This document shows, in pieces, positions 13,719 to 25,283 of a DNA stretch of 64,000 nt. The stretch covers positions 186,001-250,000 of the forward strand of contig JBODTK010000105.1 of the NCBI GenBank assembly GCA_050613775.1, written 5' to 3'. The notes below the pieces were generated by a model, which saw only the letters and a program-made list of their open reading frames with translations, was not told the DNA's origin and did no database searches. A program made the position numbers and the translations under genes. This DNA is from Neocallimastix sp. 'constans' (lineage: Eukaryota). The stretch's first letter is position 1; every line of letters starts with the position of its first letter.

Positions 13719-13760
13719 GTTTCTCTAGCATGATAATATGAAAATAATAAAAATTTGAAA

Positions 13761-13802
<42 letters not shown>

Positions 13803-14003
13803 AAAAAAAAATATCGTGTAATAAAATAATAGTTTATTTTAACACGTAAAGATAATATTAATAGTTTTTAATGACACATAATAAAATAATAGTTTAAAAT
13901 AGTAAATAATAAAATAATAGTTATTTAAAATGTTATAATAATATATATTATTTAAAATAACGCGTAATAGAAATAAATATAAACAAAAAAAAAAAGAAAA
14001 AAT

Positions 14004-14043
<40 letters not shown>

Positions 14044-14049
14044 ATCAAA

Positions 14050-15705
14050 ATGAATGTTCAAGGCTTAATAAAAGAACTACCTTTATTAGTCAATTATGGA
14101 AGGGATATTGATGGATGGATTAAGGACTTTGAGGAAGTTATGGAATTATGGGAGATTTACACATTGAGGCAACAATACTTTTGGATAATTAAATGTGTAA
14201 ATCAAGACATAAATATAGAAATTAAAATATTAAAAGAAAAGTATAAAAGAAATGAATATCCAACATTAAAAGAAATACAATATGCCATTGAAAAATATTT
14301 AAATATTACTCAAAGTGAAAAATGCTGGACTTTAAAGACCATAAAAGTTCCAAATGATACAAAAATTTCAATTTTTAATGTAACTTATAGAAGACTATTA
14401 AAGAATTTGGAGTGCGACTTTAGGAAATTAGTGACAATTGAAGATTATTTAAATTCAATAAAAGTTAGACGTTTCCCATATCAACAAGTAATTATAAAAG
14501 GATGCAAAACTATAGAAGATGCTATGAAAACTGCTTCTCTCGCTGAAAGAATAGAAAATGAATTAATAGAATCTAATAAGGAAGAAAGAGAAAGCTTTAA
14601 TAACCATAAAATAACTTATAATAGGAGAAACAATAGGACTGACCCTTATAACACGCATTTTAGAGAATATGGATTAATAAATGAAAATATTAATAAAAAT
14701 TTTAGGAAATTTAATTTTAATTATTACAATAATTATAATAATAAATTAAAAACTAATAATTATTATAATAAAATAAATAATTTTACGCCTAGACAAAACA
14801 AAATGAATTATTATAAAAGAAATTATAATATTGAACAAAATAAAAATTTTAATTATTTTGATTCGGATTATACTAATGTTGAATGTGGCAATTCAAATTT
14901 TAATGGTAAAGAAAATTATTTAAAATCTATGAATAATTCTAATTGTAATTCTTGCATGAATGTTAATTCAATAAATAATTATTATATTAATAAAGAAAAT
15001 TTGAATTCATATTATTATTATGGTAATATTAATAGTTCTTCAAAAGGTATTTATAAAGAAATAATAAATAGTAATTATGATCATAATATTAATAGTAAAG
15101 ATACTTGCACTATTGAAGAAAATTATAATTTAAATTCCGTGGATGAAAATGTTAATGTTAAGGGCGAATCAGGAAATAAACACGTAAATAATGATAATGA
15201 TAGAATTCAAACTAAAATCACAACTTATAATGATAATATGGATAAACAAATTATTGAAGAAAATATAGAAGGTAATATGGTAATTAATAAATTGAGTGAT
15301 ACTATTCTCGAAGGTAACGTATATAATCCATCACATAAACTAATTCCAGTAGAAAAGAAAAACGAAAACATATTATTATGTAAAGAGGAAAGTAAATTAT
15401 TAGAAAGTAAACCTATTGATAAATTGAAAATAAATAAAATTAAGATGGAAGGAAATAATTTAAATATTTATAATGAAATGATAAATAAAATTAAAATAAA
15501 TTCTGATAATAAAATAATAATAAAAAAAATACCTACTGTAGAAAATTCCAACCAAAATAATGGTAATAGCAAAAATAATTCAAAAAGAAAATTTAAAATT
15601 AAATTTAATTATAAAAATACAATTATTAAAAAGTATAATAATAATAGGAAAGATACAAAGTGTATTATCAGGAATTACAAATATAAAAGAAAAAGAAAAA
15701 CATAG
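14050..15705 (+). CDS. gag: Gag (capsid-like N-terminus plus Asn/Lys-rich tail; no CCHC knuckle)
   Basis: 551 aa; the first ~170 aa (LP.L..YG.D.D.W..DF..VMELW...FN..YR...T.EDY.NSI) align with the Gag proteins at 17368, 26900 and 35060. Confidence 0.88.
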   Translation: MNVQGLIKELPLLVNYGRDIDGWIKDFEEVMELWEIYTLRQQYFWIIKCVNQDINIEIKILKEKYKRNEYPTLKEIQYAIEKYLNITQSEKCWTLKTIKVPNDTKISIFNVTYRRLLKNLECDFRKLVTIEDYLNSIKVRRFPYQQVIIKGCKTIEDAMKTASLAERIENELIESNKEERESFNNHKITYNRRNNRTDPYNTHFREYGLINENINKNFRKFNFNYYNNYNNKLKTNNYYNKINNFTPRQNKMNYYKRNYNIEQNKNFNYFDSDYTNVECGNSNFNGKENYLKSMNNSNCNSCMNVNSINNYYINKENLNSYYYYGNINSSSKGIYKEIINSNYDHNINSKDTCTIEENYNLNSVDENVNVKGESGNKHVNNDNDRIQTKITTYNDNMDKQIIEENIEGNMVINKLSDTILEGNVYNPSHKLIPVEKKNENILLCKEESKLLESKPIDKLKINKIKMEGNNLNIYNEMINKIKINSDNKIIIKKIPTVENSNQNNGNSKNNSKRKFKIKFNYKNTIIKKYNNNRKDTKCIIRNYKYKRKRKT

Positions 15706-15894
15706 TTTGAATATAATTCAATTAAATTTTCAAAATTCAAAATTCAAAAATTCAAAATTTAAATTATTAAATTTCAAATTTCAAATTTCAAATTTCAAAT
15801 TTCTATAAAAAAAAAAAAAAAAAAAAATTTATACATAATATTTTTATGTTTTTACTTTTTTAACAAAATATATATAAAAATTTAATTATTAAAT

Positions 15895-15933
<39 letters not shown>

Positions 15934-17203
15934 TTTTTTTTTCGCCTGACTTCAAGGGACGAAGTCTTATTTAAAGTGGGGGAATCTTGATACGATACCA
16001 CTATAAAAATAAGATTTAGGTAAGAAATTTAAGTTAGAAATATTGTATAAATATTATTGGTTATAATAATTAAAATAATTTATATATAGTTAATTCAAAT
16101 AATTATTTTTAAAAGCATGGTTAATTCTTTTGTCATAATTAAAAATAGATAAATTATATTATTAATGATTCTATTATTATGATAATAAATTAATTCATCA
16201 TTATTATTAATAAGTTTTATTTTATATTTTAAATATTATTTTGAGAATTATATAGTTTTAGGAATTATATTATAAATATTGATAATTATATTTTATTCAG
16301 GAAATATATTTTAAATATTAATAGTTAAATATATTTAATAATGAAATTGTATTTTTAAATAAAGTTATTAGGAAATTAATAGTTAAAGAGATATGTTTAA
16401 TAAAAATATAATATTAATTAATTATTTTAACAATTATATAAAATTAAGAGAATGTAATAATAAATTATTATGTATGTAAAAATAAAATTATAAAAATAAA
16501 TAAAGAACAAAATATTATTATAAAACATTATTATTATAAATTATTTTCTTATATTTATTAGAATATATTATTGTGTCATAATTCCCTAGAGAAACGACCA
16601 AATAAATAAATAACTAGATATGGAATATTTTAAATGTTCTGTATCAGAAATGATGCAGTATTTAAATAAAAAGAGAATATTATCAAGAAATAAAATTAAA
16701 TATAATAAATAATTAGTTAAATTATATATGTATATTATAATAATAAATAGTAATATAAAAATTATTAAATTTATTTAATTAGTTAATAGCCAATAGGATT
16801 TAATTTATAGTAAATTAGAAATTAGAAATATAAAAGAAAAATTATTATAATTCTTTAAAGAAAAGGGAGGTTTTTTTATTTAAAAAAAAAAATAGAGATA
16901 AAATTGGTTAAAATAAATATATTTGGGGAATATATTTATTTATCAAAAATTTTAATAGTAATAAGTTAGTTAGAAATAAATAATTAATAAGATCTTTAAT
17001 AACATTTTATTATAAAATTTGTATTACGACATAAATAATTTAAATAAATAAATAAAACGACAAAACTATAATTTTTTTTATATTTTGTTTTAATATTAAC
17101 GTGTATTGTAATTATATATTTTTATATTAGAATATATTTTTATTTAATACAATCTTGCTAACCACAAAAACATTGATACTTATAGAAATAACGTATCAAA
17201 ATT

Positions 17204-17220
17204 TGGCGCCCAACGTGGGG
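17204..17220 (+). promoter_or_regulatory. Primer-binding site, tRNA-Lys(CUU)
   Basis: TGGCGCCCAACGTGGGG is the classical tRNA-Lys1,2 PBS sequence. Confidence 0.9.
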
Positions 17221-17367
17221 GGAAAGCAAGATCAAATAAATTAATATGAAAATAATAAGAAAATTATAATTACAATATAATTATCATAATAGAATACTTT
17301 TTTTTTATATATAATCTTTCATTTATTTTTTCTTTTTTTTTTTATCAAGTAATTATTTTTTTTTACA

Positions 17368-18684
17368 ATGTTTGACGCTACTAAACTGCAAAGGAAGCTA
17401 CCACATCTGGCTGATTATGGAAAAGATGTAGACAGCTGGATGACCGACTTTGTTAAGATAATGGAGCTTTATGATATAATGGAACCAAGGCGAATTTTTA
17501 TTTGGGTAAAGGAAGCTGTGGAAGAAGATATTCAAGGAGCGTTACAATCATTGGTAGTCAGACGAGGGGATGAAATGAGATATCCCACATTTAAAGAAAT
17601 TCAAAATACAATTGAAGAACATTTGCACATTACAGAAAATGATAAATGTGCAGTTCTCAAAACAATACAAATAAATCAAGAAGAATCAATTAAAAAGTTT
17701 AATTACAGATATAAAAAATTATATAATAAACTCAGTTTAGAATATAGAAGACTTATATCTGTAAAGGACTACACGAATGCTATTAGCTCCCGTGTATTTC
17801 CATGCTCAAGAGTTATGGTTGCAGAATGTGATACAATAAATGAGGCGTGTAAAATTGCAGAAGTAGCTGAGGAGACTGAAAAAGAAATAGCAAATATAAA
17901 TCAAAGAAATGAAATTAATAATATGAGGAATCATATTATGTTTACTCAGAATCAGCCGGATAATAGCTTACTAATGCGACATCCATTCTACGAAAACTTA
18001 CAGTTAAATCAATTACCTATGAACCATAATAATAATATATTCCAGGAAAGAAATAATTGGAATTCTAAATCTAGATTATGGAACAATAATAATAATTTCA
18101 GAAATTCAAATTATGTATATCACATGAGTAATCCATATAATAATCCAAATTATTACTTGAATAATAAAAATGATATTAATAAAATGAACTATGGAAATTT
18201 TACAAATCGTTATAATAGTAGATTTAATTATAATAAATTTTGGCACAGTAATAATATTAATCAATATATGAATAATAATAACAAATATAATATGAACAAT
18301 ATGAATAATAATCAGCCATCCAATGAAATAAGAGACAATAAGACGAATCATTATTTAAACAATTTGAACAACAATATTAATATAACAAATAATGATAAAG
18401 AACATGACAACCAAATGTTTAACAATAATAAATTTAATACAAATAATATGATTCAATCCTTTAATTATCAAAATGGAAATAATCACAACAATGGGATAGA
18501 AAATAATAATGTCAGTAATACTTTAGTAACTAATAAAAACTCAATTAACAACAATAATAACAACCATGTGAATTGTTACCGTTGCACAATGAATGGACAT
18601 AGAGCTTCAGAATGTCCTTATACATTTAAGCAATTGGCTGAATTGGAAGAAAAAGGATTGCTCAATAAACATTTAAACCAATAG
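17368..18684 (+). CDS. gag: Gag with C-terminal CCHC zinc knuckle
   Basis: 438 aa; knuckle CYRCTMNGHRASEC; located between the PBS and pol. Confidence 0.93.
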   Translation: MFDATKLQRKLPHLADYGKDVDSWMTDFVKIMELYDIMEPRRIFIWVKEAVEEDIQGALQSLVVRRGDEMRYPTFKEIQNTIEEHLHITENDKCAVLKTIQINQEESIKKFNYRYKKLYNKLSLEYRRLISVKDYTNAISSRVFPCSRVMVAECDTINEACKIAEVAEETEKEIANINQRNEINNMRNHIMFTQNQPDNSLLMRHPFYENLQLNQLPMNHNNNIFQERNNWNSKSRLWNNNNNFRNSNYVYHMSNPYNNPNYYLNNKNDINKMNYGNFTNRYNSRFNYNKFWHSNNINQYMNNNNKYNMNNMNNNQPSNEIRDNKTNHYLNNLNNNINITNNDKEHDNQMFNNNKFNTNNMIQSFNYQNGNNHNNGIENNNVSNTLVTNKNSINNNNNNHVNCYRCTMNGHRASECPYTFKQLAELEEKGLLNKHLNQ

Positions 18685-18706
18685 ATGGGAGAAGGACAAC
18701 TTCCAT
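18672..18706 (+). promoter_or_regulatory. Predicted -1 ribosomal frameshift signal (unit 2)
   Basis: T TTA AAC in the gag frame, a 6-nt spacer, then the stem ATGGGAG/CTTCCAT with an 8-nt loop. The -1 frame is open from 18669 into pol. Confidence 0.85.
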
Positions 18707-18767
18707 TAACCAAACCAATAAAATAATATTCAAAAATAATGACTCATATAATAATAATAATAAAACA

Positions 18768-18832
18768 ATGTTCAAAAATAATGACTCATATAATAATAAT
18801 AATAATAAAATAATGTTCAAAAATAACGACTC

Positions 18833-18876
<44 letters not shown>

Positions 18877-21800
18877 TAATGACAATGGTAGACGATCAAA
18901 CAATATTACCTATAATTAATAATAATATTAAAGAAAAACAAAAATGTAATGACCTTAATATAAACAATAATAGTAACACTACACAAAATACATTAAATAG
19001 ACCAATTGAAATTATAGCAGCCGCTACTCGAAATTCAAGAAATAAATTAAACAAACATAATGAAAAGCCATACAATAGAAAGGAAGTGAGATTTAATTTA
19101 AAGGACAATCCAAAACCAATACAAACGGCAGCTATGAGTCATAATAATATTAATAATAATACTAGTGATAATAAAATTAGTACTAATAATAGTATTAATA
19201 ATAATTATAATAATAATATTAATAATAAAAATAATATCGATTATAGTAATACAAATGCTAATAATAATTATAATAATATTAATAATCATAAGAATAATAA
19301 GAATAATGAATATGAAAACAATAATAAGAATAAGAATAATAAAATTAATCATAATATAGACAATTATAACGATAATGCGAATAATGATAATAAAAATAAT
19401 AATACTATAGATAATTATAATAGTAATAATGATTTTAATGAAAATAAGGAAAATAATACTTACGACTATTTTAAAGAAAATACTGTCACCAATAATGATG
19501 ATAATACTCATAACAATACAAGCAATACCCAAAGGGTTGATGAAGATGTAATTATGATAGAAGAATCTGAAGATGATGAAGATAATGATGCTGATAAAGA
19601 AAATTATAACTCTAAAAATTATAATAATATTTTACCTGGTAGATCTAAGAATTTTAATAATATAATTAAGGAAAACCCGGATATGGTCTCTAATAGTGAA
19701 AATCGTAAAACAGAAAAACTAGAATATCTTGATCCTTCCTTTATAACAGAGAAAAATATTCGAAATGTTAAAGGTAAAAATAGGGAAGAAAAAATTAAAG
19801 AAATAAAAAATAAAGCTAAGAAAATAAATACCGACATTGAGCAAAGTGAAACTTCTTTTAAGAAACCTGAAAAACACATCAAACTTATGGAAAAATTTGG
19901 TGATTATTATATTCAAGATTTAATAAAAGAAATTGCATCAACTGATGTAATAACAAAATTAGTTTACCTTTTAGATCTTTTTCCAAAATTCCGTACAGAA
20001 TTTTTAAAAGCTTTAAAATTAGCGCCTAAACAAACAATAACAAATGTGATGACGGTTATCACAAAACATAAAATAATTAAAGTTTGCGGTAAAGTAGAAA
20101 ATAATGACTGTGAAATATTTTTAGATACGTGTGCTAGTGTCAACTTTATCACACGTTCTGCTTTAAATAAATTAAAAATCAACAAACCTTCTATTGGTAG
20201 AATTTCTGAAACAATATTTCAAGCGTACTCTAATTCTTCAACAGAGAGTGATATCTATGACTTACAGATTTCTATTGGTAGTAAAACTTTTAATGAATAT
20301 TTCAGAGTAATAGAAAAGGATGATATTTTCGATATCTTAATTGGTGTTGATTCTCTAAAGAATAATAGATTTGATATTAACTTAGTAGATGATACTTTAT
20401 ATTATATTGATGAAAATAATAATTACATTAAACTAGCAGATCTATTTTATGATATCAATCTTAATAATACTTACAAGGATGATGAGGATATAGAAAAACA
20501 TCAAAATACAAAATCTGAACCTTTTTTATTAACAATTACAGTTACCAATGATAAAGAAATTACGAACACTAATGAATTACCTAACACGAAAGAACATTTA
20601 ATTAACGAAATAATATCTTCTGTTCCTAATAAATTTAAAAATAAAATTAGTAAATTATTTTTTAAATTTAAAAATGTAGTTGCAATTAAAACAGATGATT
20701 TAGGAAGGTCAAAATTATTACCTCACAGGATTGAATTAATTCCAAAATCTTCACCCATAAAGTTAAAAGCTTACCGTTTATCCAAAGCGCAAACAAAAGC
20801 TCTAAAGGAAATTTTGATTAAGCTAATAGAAAACAAACTAATAGAGCCATCCTACTCTTCATGGGCATTTCCAGTAGTACTAGTTCCAAAGAAAAACGGC
20901 GACTGGAGAATGTGTGTCGACTTTAGGGCTTTAAACAATATAACTATTAAGGATTCCTATGCTTTGCCCTTAATTGATGACATATTAATGTTTATTGGAA
21001 AGAACGCTAAAATACTCTCTACTATTGATCTTTTTTCTGGTTATCATCAGGTTCCAATGAATCCTGATGATAAAGATAAAACAACATTCACAACGATGTT
21101 TGGAAACTATAAATTTTGTGTGATGCCGTTTATGCTATGTAATGCACCGGCTACATTTCAACGTGAAATGAACCGGATTTTTTTTGACTTGATTGGAGTA
21201 TGCTTATTTGTTTACATTGACGATTTAGTAATATTTTCTGACTCAATTGAATCACACATTACTCATCTTACTAAAGTATTCCAAATCCTAGCAGACAATG
21301 GTTTGAAAATAAACTTAGAAAAATGTTCTTTTTTCAAAGAAGAAGTAGTCCTTCTTGGTCATGTATTATCCACAAAAGGTATTGCCCCGATTCCTGATAA
21401 GATTAAAGTTATAATTAACTGGCTACCCCCTAAAAATATCACTCAACTTAAATCATTTTTGGGAGCTGTTGGTTATTATCGGAAATTTATTAAAAATTTT
21501 GCTCAGATTGCAAATCCTCTGTTTAACCTCTTAAAGAAAGATGTACCGTATGAATGGTCCGAAAAGTGCAACATAGCCTTTGAAAAATTAAAAATGTCAC
21601 TAACGGTTGCCCCTATTTTAACTCCTCCTGATTATTCTAAACCATTTATTATCCGAACAGATGCTTCCAGAGATGGACTTGGTGGAGTACTTCTCCAAAC
21701 AAATGAAAATTCAATTGAAATCCCCATATATTTTGAAAGTAGAACTCTTTCCGCTGCTGAATCTAATTATAGTGTTACTGATTTAGAAGGCAAAGCAATA

Positions 21801-23261
21801 TTTCATTGTGTTAAAAAATTTAAACCCTATTTTAGTGGAAGCCCTTTTACCACTATCGTTTATACAGATCATAAACCCTTGGTTAGTATATTTGCTAATA
21901 GAGAGCCTTCAAATAATCGCCACCTTAAATGGGTTACTGAACTATCAATATTAAATGTTCAAGTCCAATTTCAAGAGGGGAAGAAGAACGTTATTGCTGA
22001 CGCTTTATCTAGGTTACCTACAAAAGAAATACATGAAAATAAAGAAATATTAAATGCATTAGTAAACAATGATGTTTTATCCAATAATAGCAATGATAGT
22101 ATAAATAAATTTATGAATGAATTTATAAATAAGAGAATTATAAATATTGATGGTGTGGAATATCTTAAACAAGGAGAACAACTGAGAAGAATAGTTCACA
22201 ACAAAGAAGAGAAGCAAAAATTAATCGAAGAAGCCCATGATCTAGGCCATGAAGGAGCTTATAAAACTTATAGCAGACTGAAGAGGGATTACTACTGGGG
22301 AAATATGAAAAAAGATATACAAATACTAATAAAATGTTGTCACAAGTGTCAAACTTGTCGACCACAAAAATTAAATAAATATACCGAAAATATTGCAACT
22401 GTACCTGAATATCCTTTCTCAAGAGTTGGGTTGGATCTAATAGGACCGTTACCTATAACAAATAAAGGTAATAGATATATAATTGTATTAGTAGATTATC
22501 TTACCAAATGGGTGGAAGCAGAACCCTTACAATCTGCCGAATCTCAAGATGTAATAAATTTTCTCAAGAAAATATTTGCACGACATGGTGTTCCTGAAAT
22601 TTTAGTTACTGACAATGGTCCACAGTTTACTTCCGATAAGACAAAAGCATTTTTGGACCTTAACGACATTTATGTAAATTATGTAGCAACCTATCACCCC
22701 TCGTCTAATGGAGAAGTAGAAAACAGAAATAGGGAAATAGGTAAGTATCTCAGGTTACTCGGAGAAGAGGATTCGCAGTGGGACGAAACACTTTATAGTG
22801 CTCTTTGGGCTTTAAGAACGTGCAAGAATGAAGTTACGAAACACAGCAGCTTTGAATTGTTGTATGGTCGGAGAGACTTACAACCATTCGAACTCACTGT
22901 TAATGTCGAATCCAAAAATGACTGGGAAGACGAAGAAGAATTTTGGCTGAGGAAATTTATTAACCATGACCGTTGGATCCGTGAAGCAATAAAGAACATT
23001 GAAACAGCAAACAAGTTGTGGGAAGATCGTAGAAAACAAATAAAAAGAATGAGAGCAAAGTATAAGCCAGGTGATCTTGTTTTGGTCAAATTGTTCAACA
23101 GAAAGAAGCTGGATCCGTTTTTCACAGGCCCACTAAAGATCGTAAAACAAGAGTTCAATACAGTAACAGTTTGCGATCCAGTAACTGGGGAAGTTGCTGA
23201 TAGGAACATTCATTTAAAAAATATTATTCCATATTTCACAGAATTGAATTTAGAAGAATAA
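18768..23261 (+). CDS. pol: Pol polyprotein (protease, RT, RNase H, integrase); frame open from 18669
   Basis: Motifs FLDTCAS (PR); WRMCVDFRALN and YIDD (RT); TDAS, TDHKPL and ADALSR (RNase H); H-H-C-C, LDLIGP, TDNGPQF and NGEVE (IN); C-terminal PFFTGPLKIV. No chromodomain. Confidence 0.97.
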
Positions 23262-23307
23262 GGATACATATATATATACAAAAAAAAAAAAAAAAAAAAA
23301 TTAACAG

Positions 23308-23341
<34 letters not shown>

Positions 23342-23476
23342 AATAATTAAATTATATTGAAACTTCAAAACCTCAAAATTGAAATTTCAAAATCTGAATT
23401 TAAAACTTATAATTTTGAAATTTATTTTATTCATTACTTAACATTTGATAAATTTTATCTCAAAAAAAATAAAAAA

Positions 23477-23511
<35 letters not shown>

Positions 23512-23576
23512 AAAAAAAAAAAAAAATAAAAAAAAAAAAAAAATAATAAAAAAAAAAAAATAAAAAAAAAAAAATA

Positions 23577-23611
<35 letters not shown>

Positions 23612-23629
23612 AAAAAAAAAAAAAAAAAA

Positions 23630-23673
<44 letters not shown>

Positions 23674-24377
23674 ATAATAATAATAATAATAATAATTATA
23701 TATAAGAACTGATTATATTAGATATAATAATAAAATATATAAACATAGATAGTATAGATAGTATAATTAACTATAATATAGACAATATAACGTAATAGAT
23801 AGTATAATAATATAAATATTATATATTGAGTAAAATAATAAAATATTGATAATATAACAAATAGATAGTATAATAATATAAATATTATATATTGAGTAAA
23901 ATAATAAAATATAGATGAAATAACAAAAAGATAGTATAATAATATATATTATTAACTAAAATAACAAAATAGATAGTATTATAATATAAAATAATATGAA
24001 TGTTATAGATAGATATAATAATATAATAATATACAAAAATAATAATAGTATATATTTTAAAACCATAGGTTCAACACTAAATTAAGACATTGATTCAAAA
24101 GATTATTTTATTTTTTTTTAATTATAATTTTATTTGGATAATAATGATTATAATACATATTAATGATAATTAAAAAAATACATGGCGAAAAGAAAATAAT
24201 GTGAACATAATGAGATTTGACAAAGAAATTTGACGTTATAAATTCTAAATTATACGATATTTCCAAATATATATATATTTATATAACAAATGGTAACAAT
24301 GAAATTAAATCAATTAATAAAAATAATAATTGAATGTAATTATCAATTTAAATATGTAATCATCAATTTAAATATAT

Positions 24378-24420
<43 letters not shown>

Positions 24421-24436
24421 TAATATACATACCTAA

Positions 24437-24476
<40 letters not shown>

Positions 24477-24586
24477 CCATGAATAAGACATTTACATTGA
24501 TAAACTTCACATGTTCAATGAATTAATAATTGACCAATAAAATAATAATAATTCATATAAAATTTTTTTTTGAACAAAGATTAATT

Positions 24587-24625
<39 letters not shown>

Positions 24626-24648
24626 AACAAACTAGCAAATTTAAATGG

Positions 24649-24686
<38 letters not shown>

Positions 24687-25283
24687 TTTTAGGACTTCAA
24701 GGGACGAAGTCTAGGCTAAGCGGGGGCGTCTTGATGCAGTATTTAAATAAAAAGAGAATATTATCAAGAAATAAAATTAAATATAATAAATAATTAGTTA
24801 AATTATATATGTATATTATAATAATAAATAGTAATATAAAAATTATTAAATTTATTTAATTAGTTAATAGCCAATAGGATTTAATTTATAGTAAATTAGA
24901 AATTAGAAATATAAAAGAAAAATTATTATAATTCTTTAAAGAAAAGGGAGGTTTTTTTATTTAAAAAAAAAAATAGAGATAAAATTGGTTAAAATAAATA
25001 TATTTGGGGAATATATTTATTTATCAAAAATTTTAATAGTAATAAGTTAGTTAGAAATAAATAATTAATAAGATCTTTAATAACATTTTATTATAAAATT
25101 TGTATTACGACATAAATAATTTAAATAAATAAATAAAACGACAAAACTATAATTTTTTTTATATTTTGTTTTAATATTAACGTGTATTGTAATTATATAT
25201 TTTTATATTAGAATATATTTTTATTTAATACAATCTTGCTAACCACAAAAACATTGATACTTATAGAAATAACGTATCAGAAA

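Larger units (their letters stand above)
13039..16646 (+). mobile_element. Array unit 1: gag-only Ty3/Gypsy LTR retrotransposon
   Basis: 659-bp LTRs 13039-13697 and 15988-16646 (TGATAC...GTATCA; no differences seen by eye), a PBS, one gag ORF, a G-rich PPT region at 15973-15984, and GAAA on both sides. Confidence 0.95.
16651..25279 (+). mobile_element. Array unit 2: full-length Ty3/Gypsy LTR retrotransposon
   Basis: 548-bp LTRs 16651-17198 and 24732-25279 (TGATGC...GTATCA; no differences seen), a PBS, gag, pol in PR-RT-RH-IN order, a ~1.4-kb 3' UTR, a PPT region at 24718-24726, and GAAA flanks. Confidence 0.97.
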
